Shown here: piece after piece, positions 59,703-64,000 of the stretch
Position numbering within the stretch: the first letter of the stretch is position 1
Layout: each line of letters starts with the position of its first letter
Notes under the pieces: model-generated
Seen by the model: the letters and a program-made list of their open reading frames with translations, nothing else
Told to the model about the DNA's origin: nothing
The model's database searches: none
Position numbers and translations under genes: made by a program
IMG/VR virus record: IMGVR_UViG_3300028833_000147
Length of the DNA: 64,000 nucleotides
Direction: 5' to 3' (one strand)
Source of the DNA: an uncultured virus (IMG/VR IMGVR_UViG_3300028833_000147)
Lineage: Duplodnaviria; Heunggongvirae; Uroviricota; Caudoviricetes

Positions 59703-62700
59703 ATGGCACAATTAAAAGATAGCATTGTATCAGGAAATCTTAGGGTAACCGATACCACTTTGACCGATACATTGCAAACGACAACAATATGGGCTCCATC
59801 AACATCCGGTGGGACCACATATGGTCCTGGTACAAATGGTCAGGTTTTAAAAAGTAATGGTACCACGACATATTGGGCATCTGATTCCAACACGGATGAA
59901 AAAGTCAAATCAACAAAACTTGCCCAATCAACTGCCGCAGCAACATATTATCCAACACTGATGACTGGTGCTGCAACTGCAGGTGTTGACATATTCGAAT
60001 CAATGAAATTTTTACATACACCCGGTACAACTTCGGCCGTGGGAAATTCTAGATTAGTATTAGGAAATGCAACTGCATCGGGTACAGCCAACAATGAGGA
60101 AGGACTCGTACGACTGTATTCTCCTGGCACTGCGTATCATACTATAAAAGGTGCTTCTACATCGTCTAATGTTGATCATACATTACCAGCTACAAGTGGT
60201 ACGGTATTGAATACTGGTACAACATCTGTTACTGCAGTATATGGATCAACAGGAACTCATATTGCAACTGTTAAAGTGAATGGTAGTGATACGAAAATCT
60301 ATGCTCCCACACCTCAAACGCCAACAACATACTCGGCTGGTACGGGTTTGTCATTATCTGGTACAACTTTTAACCATTCAAACAGTGTTACTGCAGGAAC
60401 TGCCAAAGGTGATGATTCAAAAACATTGACGTTTGGTGGTACTTTTACAATACCATCGGTAACATATGATGCACAAGGTCATATAACTGCAAAAGGAACA
60501 ACAACGATGACAATGCCTTCGAATCCGAATACTGATACGAAGGTAAATGTCACACTTGGAAAAACAACCATAGCGTATTTGTTAGGAACAACAACTACAC
60601 CGACAAACACGGCTCAAGCCGTAACAAGTATTGCGGACACTGGTGTATATCTCGGTACTACAGCGGGTTCATTATATGCAACATCATTCTATGAGAATGG
60701 TACTGCTTTGTCGTCTAAGTATGCTGCAGCATCTCATTCACATGATAATTTAACATCGAAAACACTAACAGCATCAACATTTGATTCCACAAGTGGAAAC
60801 TTCTTTTTCAAAGGTGGTTCATTGTTTGGTGGAACAGATAATGCTGACTGGGTTGGTATACAATCGGATGCTTCCAACGATAAGTTTCAACTCGTTGCTG
60901 GTGGTGGAAATGGTGTATTTTTCCGCGAAAGTGATGACACATGGGGTCAATGGCATTCTTTGTTAACTAATAATATGATTACCGGATCATCGGGTATAAC
61001 AGTAACACCAAAAACAATAACGATTGGTGGTGATGATGGTACAACCATCAACGCCGGACTTGGTATATCTCATTCAAATTCTGTTACTGCTGTAACATCT
61101 AATGCATTTAAGAAAGTAGCATATGATGCAAATGGCCATATTACAGGATCATCAGATGTTGCTAAGTCGGATATCACTGCATTGGGTATACCGGGACAAG
61201 ACACAAAGTATGGTCTATCTGGCGCATACGGTTCCAATAGTAATACATGGGTTACAACATTGACGGCCGGTGGAAGTGGAACCACATCAACAGTTCCAAC
61301 AGCATCCACAAGTGTGTATGGTATCACAAAACTATACAACGGCGTTGATTCAACATCAACCGGATTAGCGGCAACTGCAAATGCAGTTAAGACTGCATAT
61401 GATAAAGGAAATCATTCTCATCCATATCTACCATTATCAGGTGGAACGTTAACTGGTACGGTTACATTGGGATCCACGACATCTTCAATTAACGCATTCA
61501 AACAGCCTACCCGTAATGAATCAAACTATGCAAGATTTGCAATATGGTCATATGGTGATACCTGGGGAACATATGGTGCCGAGATCGGTTATTGGAATCA
61601 GTATAATGGTACAACTCCTGGTACAAAGGGATCTATTACAATACTTCCATATCAAACTACATCTAATCCATGGGACGGACAAGTCGGTCTACACATAACA
61701 AAAGATCATGGATATATAGATGGCAATGAGATTCTGGTGCATAAAGATGTCACATCATCCACATTGAATAGTTCATCAGGAAGTTTCTCATTCTCCGGCT
61801 CAGGTGATCCTTGGGGTAGTTCAGACTGGGTTGGTCTTCAGATAGGTGATAATGTTGATAAATTCCAATTAACTATGAATTCCGGTAATCTGCTGGTAAG
61901 GCAAAACGATAACGGTGGAACCTCATCAACCGGTTGGACTGAGTGGAAAACTTTGTCAGATACAACTCATACTCATAGTGAATATGTGCCATTCTCCGGT
62001 GGTACAATGGACAACAATGTGTCTCTTTCATTCCCTAAAGCAGATGCTGACGGTAGGTACACATCAATTAATACGAATGGTATCGATTGTCACGGCTCAC
62101 CTTCTTTAGGATGGGCGATGGGTCTTCGATATTACGTTGGTGAGACATCACAAAATATGGATTTTGGTGGATATGGTTCTGGTGGAGAACTTAAGCATCT
62201 TTATATTGGTACATGGGATGATCCGATAGTTAAAATAACCCCTGATAAGGTTTCCGAATTCTCCGGAAATGTTATACTACATTCAGCATCTGGAAACTCA
62301 CCATCACTTACATTCCAACATGGCACAACAATTGATTCGTTATTGGATTGGCGAATGATGGCCGTTGGTAGTGATTTGAAACTGTATTCATCAACATCAG
62401 GATCTACTGAATCATGGAGTAACATATTGACATTTGGTGGCGGTGGTATCACAATCAACAAAAAAATTGGTGGTTTATGGGTTACTGATTACAAAGGTAC
62501 ATCATATCCAATGATGCGTGATAATGGAGAAAACTTGTGGATTGGAACCATGTCCACAACATCATATCATCATAACGGTGGAACATATATTTCTACCGGA
62601 TGGGATCATTACGGTTCTTTACCAACTACAGCCAATGAAACTTTGCATGGTAATGAGACCATAAAAATATGTGTACCAAGATATTCAACTAATGACGGTT

Positions 62701-63950
62701 GGAATGGAGTGAATTATAATGCTATTCATGATGGTCCACAACTAACGAACACTCGTTATCTGGTAAATTCTTCAAGTGCTATACCATCAATACATCGAGC
62801 AATGTTCCCAAATATACGCGGTAATAAATTATCATTCGTTTCTGCATCAAATGTTGTGGTTGAATATTCAACCAATAATGGATCTACATGGGTAAATATG
62901 AGTACTACTGTATCAGGAACCAATAATGCAATTTCAGATGCTATGAAAGCACAACTGACAACAGGTAGATGGGATTGCAACATTCCTATTGGACCAAATA
63001 ACACCTCTGTTGCGAGAACAACATCAATGCAGACACGTATAACACTCACTCTCACCGACAGAGACTGTATGATCGATCAAATTTATATGCAACTAAATCC
63101 AGGATATCACTCGTTTCAGTACACAATTCAATATGCAACAACCACATCCCCATCGGATTCTGATTGGATTGATTGGAAAAAAGATTTTGCCGTTTCTACA
63201 TGGATGTACGAAGACACTGTTAATGGTAAACCCATACGTATAGGAAACACTGCTAAAAAATTGCGTTTTATTTTTAAACAAGCAACTGTTAATGCAGCAT
63301 ATAACAAGAATCTGTCAACGATCAAAGATATAGCAGCATACGGTGGTCAGGGTTCATGGACATCACCAAACGAGATGTTCAGATATGATCACATGTATTC
63401 ATGGGACTATAACAAGAATGTTGATTTCCCTGCTGACGTGTCAGGAAATAGTTTAACATCACCCACTGTGAATGTTTCATCAGGAGCTTCATACAAAGCA
63501 TCTATAAATGCATCGGGTTTGACACAGAATCGAACAATTACAATTGGTGACGTATCTGGTAATGTTGGAATAGTTAAGGTGTTGCATGATAATTCCAGCT
63601 ATGCAGCAGGTCAATCTGTTTCAATAACGACATCTGAAACATTCAAATATTTCATTGTCACAATAAAGCCAAACAACACATTTGGTGAAAAAACAGAAAT
63701 AATTCGTATAACAAACGATACAACTGTATCCACAAAATATATTTCATTCACTGGTGACATAGGCCCAGCTCCATCACAACCAACAATCACATTGGGAGGT
63801 TACATTACTCATCAATATAACACAACGAACAAAACATACACTATTGGAGCAGGTCATGCAGCAAACTATATTCTGTGCAACAATAATCTTTCGTCAGTCA
63901 ATGCCGATAGTATTACTCTCGCTATAACAAAAATTGTTGGTCTTGCATAA
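59703..63950 (+). CDS. long tail fibre / receptor-binding protein
   Basis: 1415 aa, T/S/G-rich; YDAQGHIT, ASTSVYGITKL...AATANAVKTAYD, YLPLSGGTLTG fibre motifs and knob-like modules. Confidence 0.85.
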   Translation: MAQLKDSIVSGNLRVTDTTLTDTLQTTTIWAPSTSGGTTYGPGTNGQVLKSNGTTTYWASDSNTDEKVKSTKLAQSTAAATYYPTLMTGAATAGVDIFESMKFLHTPGTTSAVGNSRLVLGNATASGTANNEEGLVRLYSPGTAYHTIKGASTSSNVDHTLPATSGTVLNTGTTSVTAVYGSTGTHIATVKVNGSDTKIYAPTPQTPTTYSAGTGLSLSGTTFNHSNSVTAGTAKGDDSKTLTFGGTFTIPSVTYDAQGHITAKGTTTMTMPSNPNTDTKVNVTLGKTTIAYLLGTTTTPTNTAQAVTSIADTGVYLGTTAGSLYATSFYENGTALSSKYAAASHSHDNLTSKTLTASTFDSTSGNFFFKGGSLFGGTDNADWVGIQSDASNDKFQLVAGGGNGVFFRESDDTWGQWHSLLTNNMITGSSGITVTPKTITIGGDDGTTINAGLGISHSNSVTAVTSNAFKKVAYDANGHITGSSDVAKSDITALGIPGQDTKYGLSGAYGSNSNTWVTTLTAGGSGTTSTVPTASTSVYGITKLYNGVDSTSTGLAATANAVKTAYDKGNHSHPYLPLSGGTLTGTVTLGSTTSSINAFKQPTRNESNYARFAIWSYGDTWGTYGAEIGYWNQYNGTTPGTKGSITILPYQTTSNPWDGQVGLHITKDHGYIDGNEILVHKDVTSSTLNSSSGSFSFSGSGDPWGSSDWVGLQIGDNVDKFQLTMNSGNLLVRQNDNGGTSSTGWTEWKTLSDTTHTHSEYVPFSGGTMDNNVSLSFPKADADGRYTSINTNGIDCHGSPSLGWAMGLRYYVGETSQNMDFGGYGSGGELKHLYIGTWDDPIVKITPDKVSEFSGNVILHSASGNSPSLTFQHGTTIDSLLDWRMMAVGSDLKLYSSTSGSTESWSNILTFGGGGITINKKIGGLWVTDYKGTSYPMMRDNGENLWIGTMSTTSYHHNGGTYISTGWDHYGSLPTTANETLHGNETIKICVPRYSTNDGWNGVNYNAIHDGPQLTNTRYLVNSSSAIPSIHRAMFPNIRGNKLSFVSASNVVVEYSTNNGSTWVNMSTTVSGTNNAISDAMKAQLTTGRWDCNIPIGPNNTSVARTTSMQTRITLTLTDRDCMIDQIYMQLNPGYHSFQYTIQYATTTSPSDSDWIDWKKDFAVSTWMYEDTVNGKPIRIGNTAKKLRFIFKQATVNAAYNKNLSTIKDIAAYGGQGSWTSPNEMFRYDHMYSWDYNKNVDFPADVSGNSLTSPTVNVSSGASYKASINASGLTQNRTITIGDVSGNVGIVKVLHDNSSYAAGQSVSITTSETFKYFIVTIKPNNTFGEKTEIIRITNDTTVSTKYISFTGDIGPAPSQPTITLGGYITHQYNTTNKTYTIGAGHAANYILCNNNLSSVNADSITLAITKIVGLA

Positions 63951-63966
63951 TACAAAAAAAAAGAAT

Positions 63967-63991
63967 TATCCGGGGCATTATGCCCCGGATA
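63967..63991. terminator. terminator hairpin
   Basis: TATCCGGGGCA-tta-TGCCCCGGATA after the last gene. Confidence 0.75.
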
Positions 63992-64000
63992 TATTATATT

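Noticed and set aside
56129..61955. Diversity-generating retroelement TR/VR pair
   Set aside because: Differences between the copies are not adenine-specific, both copies are coding and internal, and no reverse transcriptase is in the window.
1..64000. Alternative genetic code (stop-codon reassignment)
   Set aside because: Long genes are intact and densely packed under the standard code, and no suppressor tRNA is seen.

Overview
This window is part of a large AT-rich jumbo bacteriophage genome of the phiKZ/AR9-like type with multisubunit RNA polymerases. Strong AGGAGG ribosome-binding sites suggest a Bacillota host (inference). From left to right it contains: a tRNA and structured-ncRNA cluster (1-1.6 kb); leftward accessory and replication/transcription genes (ThyX, a sigma4+alpha-CTD protein, NADAR, an RNAP beta' N-part, a sigma-like subunit, a probable SSB and a split family-B DNA polymerase); rightward head proteins with xQE motifs and a virion-type RNAP beta subunit; and a long virion/tail-fibre block (32.6-64 kb). 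The main finding is at 29.7-32.5 kb. A stand-alone Cas7-like RAMP gene and a degenerate HNH-like gene lie upstream of a ~1.15 kb non-coding array of 5-nt-period units (NN+xGY on the transcribed strand), punctuated by 6-nt units every ~26-36 nt and bounded by hairpins. This is a candidate non-CRISPR RNA-guided system. Other findings are a circularly permuted tRNA-like (Y-RNA-like) element and two distinct promoter motifs. All protein calls come from recognising motifs by eye; no searches were run.
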